A DNA stretch of 64,000 nt from an uncultured bacterium (GCA_963826535.1 CAWGXL010000011.1:192809-256808); one strand, 5' to 3'. Counted from the stretch's first letter, positions 36,107 to 46,696 are shown. The notes: generated by a model not told the origin, from the sequence alone. A program made the numbers and translations.

Positions 36107-36884
36107 CTCCGACTGTACTTTCTTTTAGTTGTTGGCCGCGGTCATTTATAATTGTACGAATTTTGCCGCTAATTGCATCTGTTTGAATTTCGTCTCTGAT
36201 TTTTATAGTTCCGTTTTTAATAACAATTGTTGCCCTAGGTCCGACCCGGGGATCAAGCCTGCTTTCAATAACAATTGCCTTCAACTGTCCATTTGCGGAT
36301 ATTTTATTCTCCTCAACAACGGGCGCATGCATATCAAATACTAACAATATAAGATCGAGAAGCTCTTTGATATTGGAATTTGTTTTCGCTGAAACAGCGA
36401 TTGCAGGAATTTCGCCACCGTATTCTTCCAGGGTTATTTGCTCTTTTAGAAGTTCCTGCTTAACTTTATCTAAATTTTTGGTGGCTAAATCTGCTTTGGT
36501 GATCACAACAATAAATCGGGTGTTGGTGCCTCTAAGTAGTTCTATACTCTCTTTTGTTTGTGGTTTCAGTCCTTCATTTGAGGCTACGACTAACAGTGCG
36601 AGGTCAGCAACCTGAGCTCCCCTACCGCGCATATGCGAGAAAGCTTCATGGCCTGGGGTATCAATAAAAGTGACTGAACGTTTATGGCCTTCATGAATTA
36701 TATCTATTGATGATGCTCCAATTTTTTGAGTGATCCCACCGACCTCGCGTTCGGCGATTGATGTTTTTCTAATCGCGTCAAGGAGGGTAGTCTTGCCATG
36801 ATCAACATGACCAAGTACGGCTACAACCGGCGGAAATTGAAGCCCAGAAGCTTTGACCTGTTTAACGTCTTTTGTTTTTGCCAT
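36051..36884 (-). CDS. infB: Translation initiation factor IF-2, N-terminal G-domain half. Ends at a stop created by an apparent frameshift.
   Basis: PPVVAVLGHVDHGKTTLLDAIR (G1). DTPGHEAF (G3). NKADL-like TKADL (G4). Ends GDAVEILGLEECSGCWKYN*. Confidence 0.75.
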   Translation of the reverse strand: MAKTKDVKQVKASGLQFPPVVAVLGHVDHGKTTLLDAIRKTSIAEREVGGITQKIGASSIDIIHEGHKRSVTFIDTPGHEAFSHMRGRGAQVADLALLVVASNEGLKPQTKESIELLRGTNTRFIVVITKADLATKNLDKVKQELLKEQITLEEYGGEIPAIAVSAKTNSNIKELLDLILLVFDMHAPVVEENKISANGQLKAIVIESRLDPRVGPRATIVIKNGTIKIRDEIQTDAISGKIRTIINDRGQQLKESTVGDAVEILGLEECSGCWKYN

Positions 36885-36925
36885 AAGTATTCAGAGATTA
36901 TGTAAATTTTAAAAATGTACATAAT

Positions 36926-38062
36926 TTAAGCCTCTTTTTTTGCCTCTTTTGATTCTACTGCGGTAGTCTCTGTTAAATCCGGTGATTTTTTTTCTTTGGG
37001 TTTTTTCTTCTCGGCTTTTTTTGTTACTTCCTGCCTGCCGGCAGGCAGGTCTTTTTCTTTTGCTTTTTTAACTTTAACTGCTGCGGATTTTTCCTCATCT
37101 ATCGAAGGCGCTTCTTCGCGTCCTTCTATTTCAATCCTGTACTGTGTTAATTTGTATGCCAGGCGGACATTTTGGCCTTCCTTACCGATTGCAAGGGATA
37201 GTTCTTCTTTGGGTACAACAACATTGGCGATTTTATCATCTTCATTTACGGTTACAGTGACGTTTTTAGCAGGAGAAAGTGCCTGGGCAATATAGGTTTT
37301 GGTGTCTTCCGACCACTGTATAATATCGATTTTTTCGAGACCGCCTAATTCCTGAATTATAGCTTGTACCCGGACACCTTTCTGACCGACACATGAACCA
37401 ACCGGATCAATGCCCGGTTGTCCGGAAAAAACAGCGACTTTTGCACGATTGCCCGGTTCGCGTACGATTGCTTTTATCTGAACGCTGCCCTGGGCAACTT
37501 CCGGAACTTCTCTTTTAAATAATCCATCTATAAGACCATTATTGGCGCGGGAGACTATTATCTCTTCTCCTTTGACGCCTTGTTTTATATCTGAGAGGTA
37601 AAAAATCAGGCGCTGATTTAAATGATATTTTTCGCTGGGTATTTGTTCCTGAGCCGGCATGATCGCTTCTGCTTTACCGATATCGACGATGATATTTGAT
37701 CCGGCAAAGCGGAGAATCATACCATTAACTATAGTGCCGATTTTAACTTTATAGTCTGTCAGGATCGCTTCTTTTTCTTTTTCACGTATTTTTTGCAGGA
37801 TGACTTGTTTGGCTGTTTGAGCCGCAATTCTACCAAATCCCGGCGGCGTTACATCTGTGTCGCCTTGAAAAATATGCGCTTCTCCGGTTGCGGAATTGAG
37901 TTCAGCGCGAAATTCTTCGAGTTCAACACCGGGATGATCCTTCCGGTAAGCTGCAAGGATCGCGTTTTTTACTGTTTCAAGTACGACATCTGTGTCTACT
38001 CCACGCTCGGAGGCGACTTGATTTAATGCTAATGCAAATTCACTTCTTTGTATCGCAGGCAT
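36926..38062 (-). CDS. nusA: Transcription termination/antitermination factor NusA with a Lys-rich C-terminal tail
   Basis: N-terminal domain, S1 and KH (GxxG: IGKEGQNV) regions. Sits directly upstream of infB, as in the conserved nusA-infB operon. Confidence 0.85.
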   Translation of the reverse strand: MPAIQRSEFALALNQVASERGVDTDVVLETVKNAILAAYRKDHPGVELEEFRAELNSATGEAHIFQGDTDVTPPGFGRIAAQTAKQVILQKIREKEKEAILTDYKVKIGTIVNGMILRFAGSNIIVDIGKAEAIMPAQEQIPSEKYHLNQRLIFYLSDIKQGVKGEEIIVSRANNGLIDGLFKREVPEVAQGSVQIKAIVREPGNRAKVAVFSGQPGIDPVGSCVGQKGVRVQAIIQELGGLEKIDIIQWSEDTKTYIAQALSPAKNVTVTVNEDDKIANVVVPKEELSLAIGKEGQNVRLAYKLTQYRIEIEGREEAPSIDEEKSAAVKVKKAKEKDLPAGRQEVTKKAEKKKPKEKKSPDLTETTAVESKEAKKEA

Positions 38063-38117
38063 GGAGGTAGTATAGCAAAATCAGCTCTAACCTACAACCC
38101 TTAAGCAAAACCGGAGA

Positions 38118-39023
38118 CTAAAATTTCCAGCCAAGCTCTTTTTTGATCTCTTTTTGGGCTAGAACGAACTGGTCTTTTGTTAGTTGGTTGTTGAGGATAC
38201 AGTATTTTTTATTCTTAAGCCCTATACAGCCGATGCAATCAGTGCAATTCAAAAGCCATTCTCCATAGTAACAGTTAGTACTATTTTCCGATACATGAAG
38301 AAAGGCACAATTAAAACAAGAGGTTGCATAGGTCATTTGATAGCACCTTTCGCTAAAAGAATTAGTGCCCGGATTTCCGCCTGAGCGATAGGAATCCCAA
38401 CAGTTTCTGGACCTTGAACAATTAAAAGTATATCCGGAATTTTCAATATATAAAGTATTAAAAGACCAATAACAGTTTTTTGAGTTGTAAATATTATCTC
38501 CATATGGACAATTATCATTATTTGATTGTTGACTTGCCGGATGCGGGATTTGTTTTTTTAACTCAAACATTTGAGCCAGTAACTTTTGAGGATCTTGTTT
38601 TTTTAATTCTTCAATTTTTTTAAAATATTCCTCTTTGGTATATTGCTTATTAAAAATACAATACTTTTTATGGACCAACCCGACACATCCGAAACAATCA
38701 GTACAGGCATTTAACAAAACGGAGAAATGGCAATCCGTATTGTTACTACAATCCGAAAGGTAAGTACAGCTATAACATTTGCTTGAATCAGCAGACTGAT
38801 AACACTTTTCAGATTCGAAAACAGACATACAATCTACCAGTTTTTTTCCATAAGCCGCAAGCGCAGTATAAATACAATCTTCCAGATAGTACCCTTCCGA
38901 ATAGTAGGAATTTTTGCTCATAAAAGTGGCGTCAACAAATTCACAATTTTCAATATGATCAACCAATACAGCGGGAACGGGAATGGATTTCTTCAGAAGC
39001 TCGTATTTTTGGAGAAAGGTCAT
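38118..39023 (-). CDS. Cys-rich internally duplicated protein of unknown function
   Basis: Two halves each ending ...C-TDC-GC-GL--KKYCI-N-Q-TK. Many [ST]xC[YFW] repeats, about 40 Cys in 301 aa. Confidence 0.3.
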   Translation of the reverse strand: MTFLQKYELLKKSIPVPAVLVDHIENCEFVDATFMSKNSYYSEGYYLEDCIYTALAAYGKKLVDCMSVFESEKCYQSADSSKCYSCTYLSDCSNNTDCHFSVLLNACTDCFGCVGLVHKKYCIFNKQYTKEEYFKKIEELKKQDPQKLLAQMFELKKQIPHPASQQSNNDNCPYGDNIYNSKNCYWSFNTLYIENSGYTFNCSRSRNCWDSYRSGGNPGTNSFSERCYQMTYATSCFNCAFLHVSENSTNCYYGEWLLNCTDCIGCIGLKNKKYCILNNQLTKDQFVLAQKEIKKELGWKF

Positions 39024-39302
39024 TTACTCTTTTGTCAGGTCTACGGTGTTGCGAAACTCCGTATAACAGGGGATGCAATAAACGATTAACTTTTTATCGG
39101 GGTTATGGGTTGTTACCATGTCTTTGCCGCATTTGGCACAGGGATATTTATAGAATTTTCTTTCATTACGCATTGCTTCGCGGAGTTCCTGTCTACATGT
39201 CGGGCAATTATCAGGATGAGGGAGTCCCATTTCCTTATAGAATTCAAGCTCCTGCTTGATCATCTTAAATTTGGCTCCGCAGCGCTTACATGTTCTTTCC
39301 AT
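39024..39302 (-). CDS. Zinc-ribbon protein (four CxxC pairs)
   Basis: CKRC...CPTC...CAKC...CIPC. Stop is adjacent to the start of the downstream Cys-rich gene. Confidence 0.4.
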   Translation of the reverse strand: MERTCKRCGAKFKMIKQELEFYKEMGLPHPDNCPTCRQELREAMRNERKFYKYPCAKCGKDMVTTHNPDKKLIVYCIPCYTEFRNTVDLTKE

Positions 39303-39397
39303 AATTTAGTTTTGGGTAGTATGAATGTTATCCTGTCTATTAGAGTTTATCACAAGTATTTTTGCTGTCAAGACTAAAAATGTATTTGTAATGGGTT

Positions 39398-40522
39398 TTA
39401 AAAATATGAATAGGCCCAGTAACTGAAGGAAGTTATTCCTTTTTGTTTGAGGTAAACTTGTTTTCGTTTTATTGACTCCATGTCTTCGTACCATATAATA
39501 TGATCTTTGTTGTCTGAGTCTGTATAGCGGATTTGTGATTCGGCGGCTTCTTTATCCCTGATAAGCTCACAATTGGTAAATTCGCAAGAACCTACAAATT
39601 TTTGTTTTATTTGTGACAGGCTCAGGGATTGGGCAGCCTGGACTGACTGCTCTTTTTCGGTAACCAACCAATCATAGCCGTATGCACCGAAGATGACAGT
39701 TATTTTTTGCGGTGGTACAACTTCCAGGAAGTCATCTGTCATAATGCTTAAATCGTAACCGAACTTTTTAGCTCCAAGAAGGGGGAAATTTGGTCCGGGA
39801 TTGCCGCCGGCTTTATGGAGATCGTAGGCCATGATCATAATTGTATCCGCATTTTGCGCTAGTGTTTTTACATCATAAGGCCTGGCGCGGTAAAATATAT
39901 CACCATAAAGTGTAAGAGCAAAGGTGAGGTTGTTTTTCTGGCTTGCAGCGTAAAATGTAGTTGTGAATTTATTGATTTTTTTGATAAGAGAATCAAAAGG
40001 AATTGCCGCGACCTCCAGGTCCAGAACGATTCCGTTCATATTGTTAATTTGGGCAATTTCGATAGTTTGATCAATAATTTGCTGCTGCAGTGATGGATCT
40101 TCCAAGATATCTAAATTTTCCTGACTGCCGGTCATGCGCAGAGCCAATAATTTTTGAGTACCGGCAGGTAAAGAGTTGTTGAATTCAACTAACTGTATTT
40201 CTTCCTGTTCAGTCATACTAATTCCTTGTTTGTCCGGCTTGATACCGAAATAAATTATTTTGTCAAATCCATCAGTCTCAATCGTGGTGTCGGATAACGT
40301 CCAATATGGTACGAAGAGTGAGAGGGTTGTTTTGTTTCCTGAAATTGCCGGCAGAGTAGTTGGTCGCGGTATAGACGTTGGGGCGAAGACCGGCTGAGAA
40401 AGATCTTTGTTCAGTTTATTTTTAAAAAGGATCGCAGTGCCGAAAAGCACAAAAATAATTAACGCGAGAAGCACAGTTCTTTTCATCCCCCCTATTATAC
40501 GGGAGAAGTAGGCGGCTGGCAA
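39398..40522 (-). CDS. Secreted glycoside-hydrolase family 18-like (chitinase-like) protein
   Basis: N-terminal signal anchor. FVPYWTL... and NGIVLDLEVAA resembling the GH18 DGxDxDWE region (weak). Confidence 0.35.
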   Translation of the reverse strand: MPAAYFSRIIGGMKRTVLLALIIFVLFGTAILFKNKLNKDLSQPVFAPTSIPRPTTLPAISGNKTTLSLFVPYWTLSDTTIETDGFDKIIYFGIKPDKQGISMTEQEEIQLVEFNNSLPAGTQKLLALRMTGSQENLDILEDPSLQQQIIDQTIEIAQINNMNGIVLDLEVAAIPFDSLIKKINKFTTTFYAASQKNNLTFALTLYGDIFYRARPYDVKTLAQNADTIMIMAYDLHKAGGNPGPNFPLLGAKKFGYDLSIMTDDFLEVVPPQKITVIFGAYGYDWLVTEKEQSVQAAQSLSLSQIKQKFVGSCEFTNCELIRDKEAAESQIRYTDSDNKDHIIWYEDMESIKRKQVYLKQKGITSFSYWAYSYF

Positions 40523-41481
40523 AAACGGGCAATTTTTAGCTCAGAGATCAGATCGCTGCAAAGGTTATCAACAGCGTCATCCGAATCTAAGGCTGCAACC
40601 AGGAATGGACGGGCCAGCCCTGCCAAAGCGCAGCCAAGGTGAAGTACTTTGGCAATATCCAAACCGGTTCTCACACCTCCGGAGCCGAGAATAGTTAGTC
40701 CTTTAATTTGAGTACAAGCTTGGATGGACTCATAAGTGGTTAAGCCAAAATGTTTAAAAACTTCGGCTTTTCGATCCTCCCCTGCAATTTTGGCTTCGAT
40801 CCATGACCAGGAGGTGCCGCCTACTCCTGCGGTATCAATAATCTTTACGCCGATGTTAAATAAATTTCGTGCGGTATGAAGGTCAATACCGTGACCTACT
40901 TCTTTGAAAATTACGGGAACATTTATTTTTTTTATAACCTGCTCGATTTTTGGCAGCAAGTCATGAAAATTCGTGCTGCCGCCCGGCTGCAAGGCTTCTT
41001 GTAAGGGATTGAGATGCAAGACTAAAGCGTCGGCTTCTATAAGATCAACAGCTTTTTGACAATCAATCCACGTAAGTCCGTCGTTAAGTGTGCTGGCTCC
41101 AAGATTGGCCATAAGCGGGATGGTTGGGGCAAATTTACGAACCTGAAACGTAGGCAATAGTTCAGGGTAACGCAGGGCAATACGGATACTTCCGAGTCCT
41201 AAGGGTATATTGAACTTCTGAGCGGACCGGGCAAGGCGGGTGTTTAAACTCAAGGCTTTTTGGGGGCCGCCGGTCATGCAGGAAATAAAAAAAGGGTAGG
41301 AGATTTTTTTTCCTAAGAATTTGGCTGATAGATCGATTTCGTCGAGAGAACGATCAGGTAAAGCGCAATAGGGCAAGATTACTTTTTCCAAGCCATTGGT
41401 GCCTGTTTGCGACAGGGGGTCTAGGGCAAATTGTAAATGCATGGACTTTCGTTTTTTTATGGTATCTTTAGTCGTGGTCAT
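40495..41481 (-). CDS. fni: Isopentenyl-diphosphate delta-isomerase type 2 (FMN-dependent)
   Basis: IDLSAKFLGKKISYPFFISCMTGG and a TIM-barrel FMN-binding GSGGVRTG region, characteristic of IDI-2. Confidence 0.75.
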   Translation of the reverse strand: MTTTKDTIKKRKSMHLQFALDPLSQTGTNGLEKVILPYCALPDRSLDEIDLSAKFLGKKISYPFFISCMTGGPQKALSLNTRLARSAQKFNIPLGLGSIRIALRYPELLPTFQVRKFAPTIPLMANLGASTLNDGLTWIDCQKAVDLIEADALVLHLNPLQEALQPGGSTNFHDLLPKIEQVIKKINVPVIFKEVGHGIDLHTARNLFNIGVKIIDTAGVGGTSWSWIEAKIAGEDRKAEVFKHFGLTTYESIQACTQIKGLTILGSGGVRTGLDIAKVLHLGCALAGLARPFLVAALDSDDAVDNLCSDLISELKIARFCQPPTSPV

Positions 41482-41517
41482 AAGAATGCATTATACCTTA
41501 CTTATTTGTAGAGCGCT

Positions 41518-41979
41518 ATGCTATACTTAATTGGTACTCTGGGTATGAAAAATTCTATTATTCTAATTTTACAATTTATATTGGTTTTATATATTATTTT
41601 TCTTTCTGGGCCATATTTTATTTTTACGGTTCCTTTTGTAGTGATTCAGACTTTAAGCGTTTTGCTTATTTTTTGGGCATTACTGGTAAAAAAGCTGCAA
41701 AAAGTGCGGGTATTTAGTGGAGCGTCGAGGGGGGTTTATTTAATTAAGGATGGTCCATATGAATTTATCAGGCATCCGGTATATGTGGGCTTGTTGCTTT
41801 TTGTATCAACTTACGTTCAGGAATATTTTACACCGGAACGATTTTTGGCCTTTGTACTTATAGTAATTCTTGTACTTTTACGGATACGCAGCGATGAGAG
41901 ACGAACTGAAATTCATTTTAAGCATGAGTACAGCACACATAAGAAGAAAACTAAGATGCTAATCCCCTACGTCTACTGA
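41518..41979 (+). CDS. ICMT/PEMT-family membrane methyltransferase (isoprenylcysteine carboxyl methyltransferase-like)
   Basis: YEFIRHPVYVGLLLF contains the RHPxY motif. C-terminal E...R region. 4 TM helices. Confidence 0.55.
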   Translation: MLYLIGTLGMKNSIILILQFILVLYIIFLSGPYFIFTVPFVVIQTLSVLLIFWALLVKKLQKVRVFSGASRGVYLIKDGPYEFIRHPVYVGLLLFVSTYVQEYFTPERFLAFVLIVILVLLRIRSDERRTEIHFKHEYSTHKKKTKMLIPYVY

Positions 41980-41991
41980 AATAAGTTTTAT

Positions 41992-42309
41992 TCAAAAGAC
42001 TCCTTTTAGGAGGAATAGTACAAGGCCTATGATTATGGCGATAATCAATATGCTTGAAAGGCCGGCAAAGGCTAGGATTCCCAGAACTGAGAGTATCCAA
42101 AGAACTAGAAGCACTCCTGCAATTTCTCTGAATGGACTGGGAAGAACGCCGATAATTGCGCCAATTACTGCAAGCGTGAGAAGGTTCCAAAGTGTAACGG
42201 GCTGTCCGTTGATGGTAAAAAGTATAATATTGGGAAGGTTTACATTTCCGACAGAGATGTAGCCAAAGTACCAGAGAATGATGAGAATAATTAGTAGCCC
42301 AATTAACAT
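41992..42309 (-). CDS. Small hydrophobic membrane protein
   Basis: 105 aa with 3 TM helices. ORF only. Confidence 0.3.
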   Translation of the reverse strand: MLIGLLIILIILWYFGYISVGNVNLPNIILFTINGQPVTLWNLLTLAVIGAIIGVLPSPFREIAGVLLVLWILSVLGILAFAGLSSILIIAIIIGLVLFLLKGVF

Positions 42310-42376
42310 AATTTAATGCTAGAGCTTGAAGGTGAAAATGAGTTAAAGATGAGGTAAGAGATATGCAAGAGCTTTT

Positions 42377-42766
42377 TTAGATTTTTAACATTGGGAGGTT
42401 ATATTTTACGATTTTATCATCAGTAGTAATAAGCGTGAGCTTCTCGACAATGGCTTGAGAAATTAAGATTCTATCAAATGGATCTTTATGATGAAGAGGG
42501 AGTATATCAATACCAAACACATGGTCTATTTCTATAGGAAGGACGCTAAACTTGCTTTTCTGCACACTAACTTTCATATCCATAGATAGATCTAGTTTTT
42601 TCTTTCTTTTTTTTAAAACTATCTCCCAAACACTAACTACACTTAAAAAAATCTTATTATGAGGATTATTTAAAAGATCAAAAAGTTCTTGAGGGAGTTT
42701 ATTGCTTTTTTCCATCCACCATATAAATATATGTGTATCTATTAGATATCCGTTATTATTCACCAT
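42377..42766 (-). CDS. vapC: PIN-domain toxin (VapC family). Start taken at an internal Met; the ORF track extends it to 42907.
   Basis: YLIDTHIFIWW ... TDDKIVKY are PIN acidic motifs. Overlaps the upstream antitoxin gene. Confidence 0.6.
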   Translation of the reverse strand: MVNNNGYLIDTHIFIWWMEKSNKLPQELFDLLNNPHNKIFLSVVSVWEIVLKKRKKKLDLSMDMKVSVQKSKFSVLPIEIDHVFGIDILPLHHKDPFDRILISQAIVEKLTLITTDDKIVKYNLPMLKI

Positions 42767-42989
42767 AAAAAAGCTTATTAATTTCCTCGTCTTCATCATC
42801 AAAATCATCAGATACCCATACCTTACCCTTCCATAATCCCGGCTTTCGGGGCTTAAGGTCTTCCTTATAAGCAACAAGCTTTGCCACAGGTTTTCCTGCT
42901 TTGGCAATTATGACATCCTCGCCTTGCAAAGTTTTCTCTATTAATTTTGACAGATTCGTTTTTGCTTGATGAATATTTACAGTCTGCAT
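42756..42989 (-). CDS. Phd/YefM-family antitoxin
   Basis: MQTVNIHQAKTNLSKLIEKTLQGEDVIIAKAGKPVAKLV is the canonical Phd/YefM N-terminus. Confidence 0.65.
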   Translation of the reverse strand: MQTVNIHQAKTNLSKLIEKTLQGEDVIIAKAGKPVAKLVAYKEDLKPRKPGLWKGKVWVSDDFDDEDEEINKLFYGE

Positions 42990-43086
42990 ATAGGTACATA
43001 TTAGCTAATTTAGCTAAGTGTGTCAATAACTTGAACAAAATGTTTTATGCCTGGAAGCTAACGCGGCTTAGGCAAACGATTCTTGA

Positions 43087-45204
43087 TTATTGTTGTGCAG
43101 AGATTCGGCCGGTGAAGGTGGATTTGGCCAGCATTTGTTCCAGGATGTTCTTGGGGACGATTTCATAATGGCTTGGTTCCATGTAGTAATGGGCGCGGCC
43201 TTGAGTGAGGCTGCGGAGTTGGGTGGCGTAGCCTGATAGACTTTCTAAGGGGACCATGGCGAGGATGATTGTCGCAGTACCGTGTTCTTCGGAGCCTAAG
43301 ATTTGGGCGCGTTTGGAGGAGAGATCGCCTATGACTTCGCCCATAAATTCGGACGGAGTGGTGACTTCGACTTTCATGATAGGCTCAAGTAGTGTAAGGC
43401 CGGCTCTTTTGGTCGCGGCTTGAAGCGCTTGGCTGGCGGCGATTTTAAAGGCAATGTCGGATGAGTCGACATCATGATATGATCCGTCGTAACAGGTGAC
43501 TTTCATGTCTACGACCGGATAGCCAAGCAGGATACCGTTATCCATAGTTTCGACAATGCCTTTTTGGATTGAGGAAATAAATTCCTGCGGGATGGCGCCG
43601 CCTTTGACTGCATTGACAAATTCGAAGCCCTCACCTCTTGCCTGGGGTTCGACGCGGAGGAAACAGTGACCATATTGGCCGCGGCCGCCGGACTGGCGGA
43701 TGTATTTGCCTTCGGCTTCGGCAGGTTTCTCGATAGTTTCTTTGTAGGCTACTTGGGGAGCGCCAACATTGGCTTCGACATTGAATTCACGTTTCATACG
43801 GTCAACCATGATCTCGAGCTGGAGTTCACCGATTCCGGAAATAATTGTCTGGCCTGTCTCGTGGTTGGTCTTGACTGTGAATGTCGGATCTTCTTCCATG
43901 AGACGCTTTAAGGAAAAACCAAGTCTCTCCTGATCGGATTTGGTTTTGGGCTCGATGGCAAGCGAGATAACCGGTTCGGGGAAGGTGATTTTCTCGAGGA
44001 TAATTGGCTTGGCTTCGTCACAAAGAGTATCGCCGGTACCTGTTTCTTTTAAGCCGACGATTGCAACTATTTCGCCTGCGTAGGCTTCTTTGATTTCTTC
44101 ACGATTATTGGCATGCATAAGAAGCAGGCGGCCGATGCGTTCCTTGGTGTCTTTGGTACTATTATATGTATAGGAACCGGCGCTTAATTTTCCTGAATAG
44201 ACGCGGAAGTAGGTTAATTTACCAACATGAGGATCGTTTTGTATTTTGAAGGCCAGGCCGGAAAATGAGTCTTCGAGCGTAAGCTTGCGGACTTCGGGGC
44301 TTCCGGTTTTGGGGTGGATGCCTTTGACTTCATCGAGATCTACCGGGGAGGGGAGATAATCAATAACGGCATCGAGGAGTGGCTGCACGCCTTTGTTGCG
44401 AAGGGATGAGCCGGCGAAAATGGGGACTAATTTATAGGCAATTACTGCGGCGCGAAGGCTTTTTTTGAGTTCTTCAACCGGCAGATCCTTGCCGCTTAGA
44501 TATTTTTCCAGAAGTACGTCATCGGTTTCGGCGATTTTCTCGATGAGTTTAGCCCGGTATTCTTCGACCTGTTGCTTCATGTCTTCGGGGATTTTGTCGG
44601 AGACTTCGAATTTGGCGCCGAGTTCTTCAGATCCCCAGATCAGTGCTTTACGGGTAAGCAGGTCGACTGTTCCAATGAATGTATTTTCTGCTCCGATGGG
44701 AAGAACCATAATTGCGGGATTGGCGCCGAGTCTGACTTCAATTGTCTTGATAGTATGGAGGAAATCAGCACCCAGCTTGTCCATTTTGTTAACGAAACAA
44801 ATACGCGGGACTTTATATTTATCCGCTTGGCGCCAGACGGTTTCGGATTGAGATTGCACGCCTTCTTCAGCGTCAAGTACAGTAATTCCTCCATCGAGAA
44901 CACGGAGGGAGCGCTCTACTTCGGCGGTGAAGTCAACGTGTCCGGGAGTGTCGATAATATTTATGCGATGATCTTTCCAAAAAGTAGTAGTGGCTGCGGA
45001 TACAATAGTGATGCCTCTTTCTCTTTCCTGGGCCATCCAGTCCATTTGTGTGCTACCTTCATCAATGTCGCCGATTTTGTAAGTTTTGCCTGTGTAGAAC
45101 AAGATGCGTTCGGTTGTGGTGGTCTTGCCCGCGTCAATGTGGGCAATAATGCCGATATTACGGATCTTGTCGAGCGGGAAATTGCGTGATTTTGGGTCGT
45201 CCAT
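43087..45204 (-). CDS. fusA: Elongation factor G
   Basis: [28 protein letters not shown], and domains II-V conserved throughout. 705 aa. Confidence 0.95.
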   Translation of the reverse strand: MDDPKSRNFPLDKIRNIGIIAHIDAGKTTTTERILFYTGKTYKIGDIDEGSTQMDWMAQERERGITIVSAATTTFWKDHRINIIDTPGHVDFTAEVERSLRVLDGGITVLDAEEGVQSQSETVWRQADKYKVPRICFVNKMDKLGADFLHTIKTIEVRLGANPAIMVLPIGAENTFIGTVDLLTRKALIWGSEELGAKFEVSDKIPEDMKQQVEEYRAKLIEKIAETDDVLLEKYLSGKDLPVEELKKSLRAAVIAYKLVPIFAGSSLRNKGVQPLLDAVIDYLPSPVDLDEVKGIHPKTGSPEVRKLTLEDSFSGLAFKIQNDPHVGKLTYFRVYSGKLSAGSYTYNSTKDTKERIGRLLLMHANNREEIKEAYAGEIVAIVGLKETGTGDTLCDEAKPIILEKITFPEPVISLAIEPKTKSDQERLGFSLKRLMEEDPTFTVKTNHETGQTIISGIGELQLEIMVDRMKREFNVEANVGAPQVAYKETIEKPAEAEGKYIRQSGGRGQYGHCFLRVEPQARGEGFEFVNAVKGGAIPQEFISSIQKGIVETMDNGILLGYPVVDMKVTCYDGSYHDVDSSDIAFKIAASQALQAATKRAGLTLLEPIMKVEVTTPSEFMGEVIGDLSSKRAQILGSEEHGTATIILAMVPLESLSGYATQLRSLTQGRAHYYMEPSHYEIVPKNILEQMLAKSTFTGRISAQQ

Positions 45205-45388
45205 AAATAAAAAAGTTAAAAATTCAAAGTGAAAAGTTCAAAGTTACTATGTCTAATTAAAAATTCTAAAGCTGCACAGTAACTCAAAAAAATTTAACTT
45301 TTAAACTTTTAACCGTCTTAAATTATAGCATAATTTGATGGGGCTGGCTATAGTAAAGAAGTGTTTTATTTACTGTATAATAGCCCAT

Positions 45389-46348
45389 ATGAAATCTTTT
45401 TGGAAAAAATTACCGCGGCCGTTTACCGCGCTTGCACCCTTGGACGGGGTGACTGATGCAGTATTTCGTCAGATGGTGACGGAAATTGGCAAGCCGGATG
45501 TGCTTTTTACAGAATTTACTGCTTGCGGGGGTTTGGTGTCAGAGGGAAGAAGTCATGCGGCTCGGAATCTGTTGTTTAAGCCTAACGAGCAGCCGATTGT
45601 CGCGCAGATCTGGGGAACGGAGCCCTCGGACTTTCTTACTGTTGCGCAGGATTTAAGGGCGCGAGGATTTGCGGGGATTGATATTAATATGGGTTGTCCT
45701 GTGCGCGCAATTATTAAGGATGGTTCGTGTTCGGCGCTTATGAAGAATACTAAGCTTGCAGGTGAGATTATTCAGGCCACTAAAAAGGGGGCAAAAGACG
45801 TACCTGTGAGCGTGAAGACGCGAATAGGTTTTGATAAAACTAATATAAAGGAGTGGATCGGATTTCTCTTAAAACAGGATTTGGCGGCTTTGACTGTGCA
45901 TCTGCGGACTGTGGCGGAGATGTCCAAATTTCCTGCGCATTGGGAGTTGATGCCTGAGATTGTCTCAATGCGCAACGAATTGGCGCCTCAGACTTTGATC
46001 ATTGGGAACGGTGATATTGTTGTGCTTTCTGAGGTGGAGGAGAAGTTTAAAAAATACGGATGCGAGGGAATTATGATCGGGCGGGGAATTTTTGCCAATC
46101 CTTGGATATTTAATAGACCGGTGGATATGAAAGAGAAGACTGAAAAAGCGCGGGTTGCGTTGTTTTTGCGTCACATTGAGCTTTTTGAAAAAGAGTGGAA
46201 GGGGCGGCGGAAATTTGATCCGCTTAAGAAATTTGCGAAGGTGTATTTAAGTAATTTCGATGGGGCAGCTGACTTGAGGATGGAGCTTATGAAAGCTAAG
46301 AGTCTTGAGGAGATGAAACTTACGCTTAAAGATTATAAAACTTCTTAA
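45389..46348 (+). CDS. dus: tRNA-dihydrouridine synthase. Start at internal ATG 45389; the track starts at 45335.
   Basis: LAPLDGVTDAVFRQM, IDINMGCPV and the catalytic Cys region of the Dus family. Confidence 0.8.
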   Translation: MKSFWKKLPRPFTALAPLDGVTDAVFRQMVTEIGKPDVLFTEFTACGGLVSEGRSHAARNLLFKPNEQPIVAQIWGTEPSDFLTVAQDLRARGFAGIDINMGCPVRAIIKDGSCSALMKNTKLAGEIIQATKKGAKDVPVSVKTRIGFDKTNIKEWIGFLLKQDLAALTVHLRTVAEMSKFPAHWELMPEIVSMRNELAPQTLIIGNGDIVVLSEVEEKFKKYGCEGIMIGRGIFANPWIFNRPVDMKEKTEKARVALFLRHIELFEKEWKGRRKFDPLKKFAKVYLSNFDGAADLRMELMKAKSLEEMKLTLKDYKTS

Positions 46349-46420
46349 GGGATAAAAATCAATCCAAATCTATACAATGGCATAACTAACCCTTTACAAA
46401 CTCTGTGTTAGAACTGCCTA

Positions 46421-46696
46421 TTAAGATTGATTTTGTAGATGATCCATGATCCACATTCTTGCAAGTGTTGTTGGGCCGATTCCTTTTTTATGTGCAAGTG
46501 TACGAAGTTTATTTAAAGTAGGAGAATCAAACCGTATAGTGATTCCTTCCGATAGATTTTTGGCAAAACGTGCTTTGATAGGATGGAATTCATCTATAAA
46601 ATCAGCTATGCTGTGTGTTTCCCAAAAATTTGCTTCTTCTTCACGACTAGCAAATGTAGGAATTTTAGTTAATCTTTTAGTTTTTGTTTTCATCAT
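46421..46696 (-). CDS. brnA: BrnA-family antitoxin
   Basis: EEEANFWETHSIADFID ... RFD motif typical of BrnA. 1-nt junction with the upstream BrnT. Confidence 0.6.
   Translation of the reverse strand: MMKTKTKRLTKIPTFASREEEANFWETHSIADFIDEFHPIKARFAKNLSEGITIRFDSPTLNKLRTLAHKKGIGPTTLARMWIMDHLQNQS

Noticed and set aside
43666-45189. Several 60-200-aa ORFs on the plus strand inside fusA (e.g. 44572-45189)
   Set aside because: Shadow ORFs opposite a highly conserved, confidently identified gene. Similar antisense ORFs inside recQ, hsdR, glnA, nusA and the GT-C genes were ignored for the same reason.
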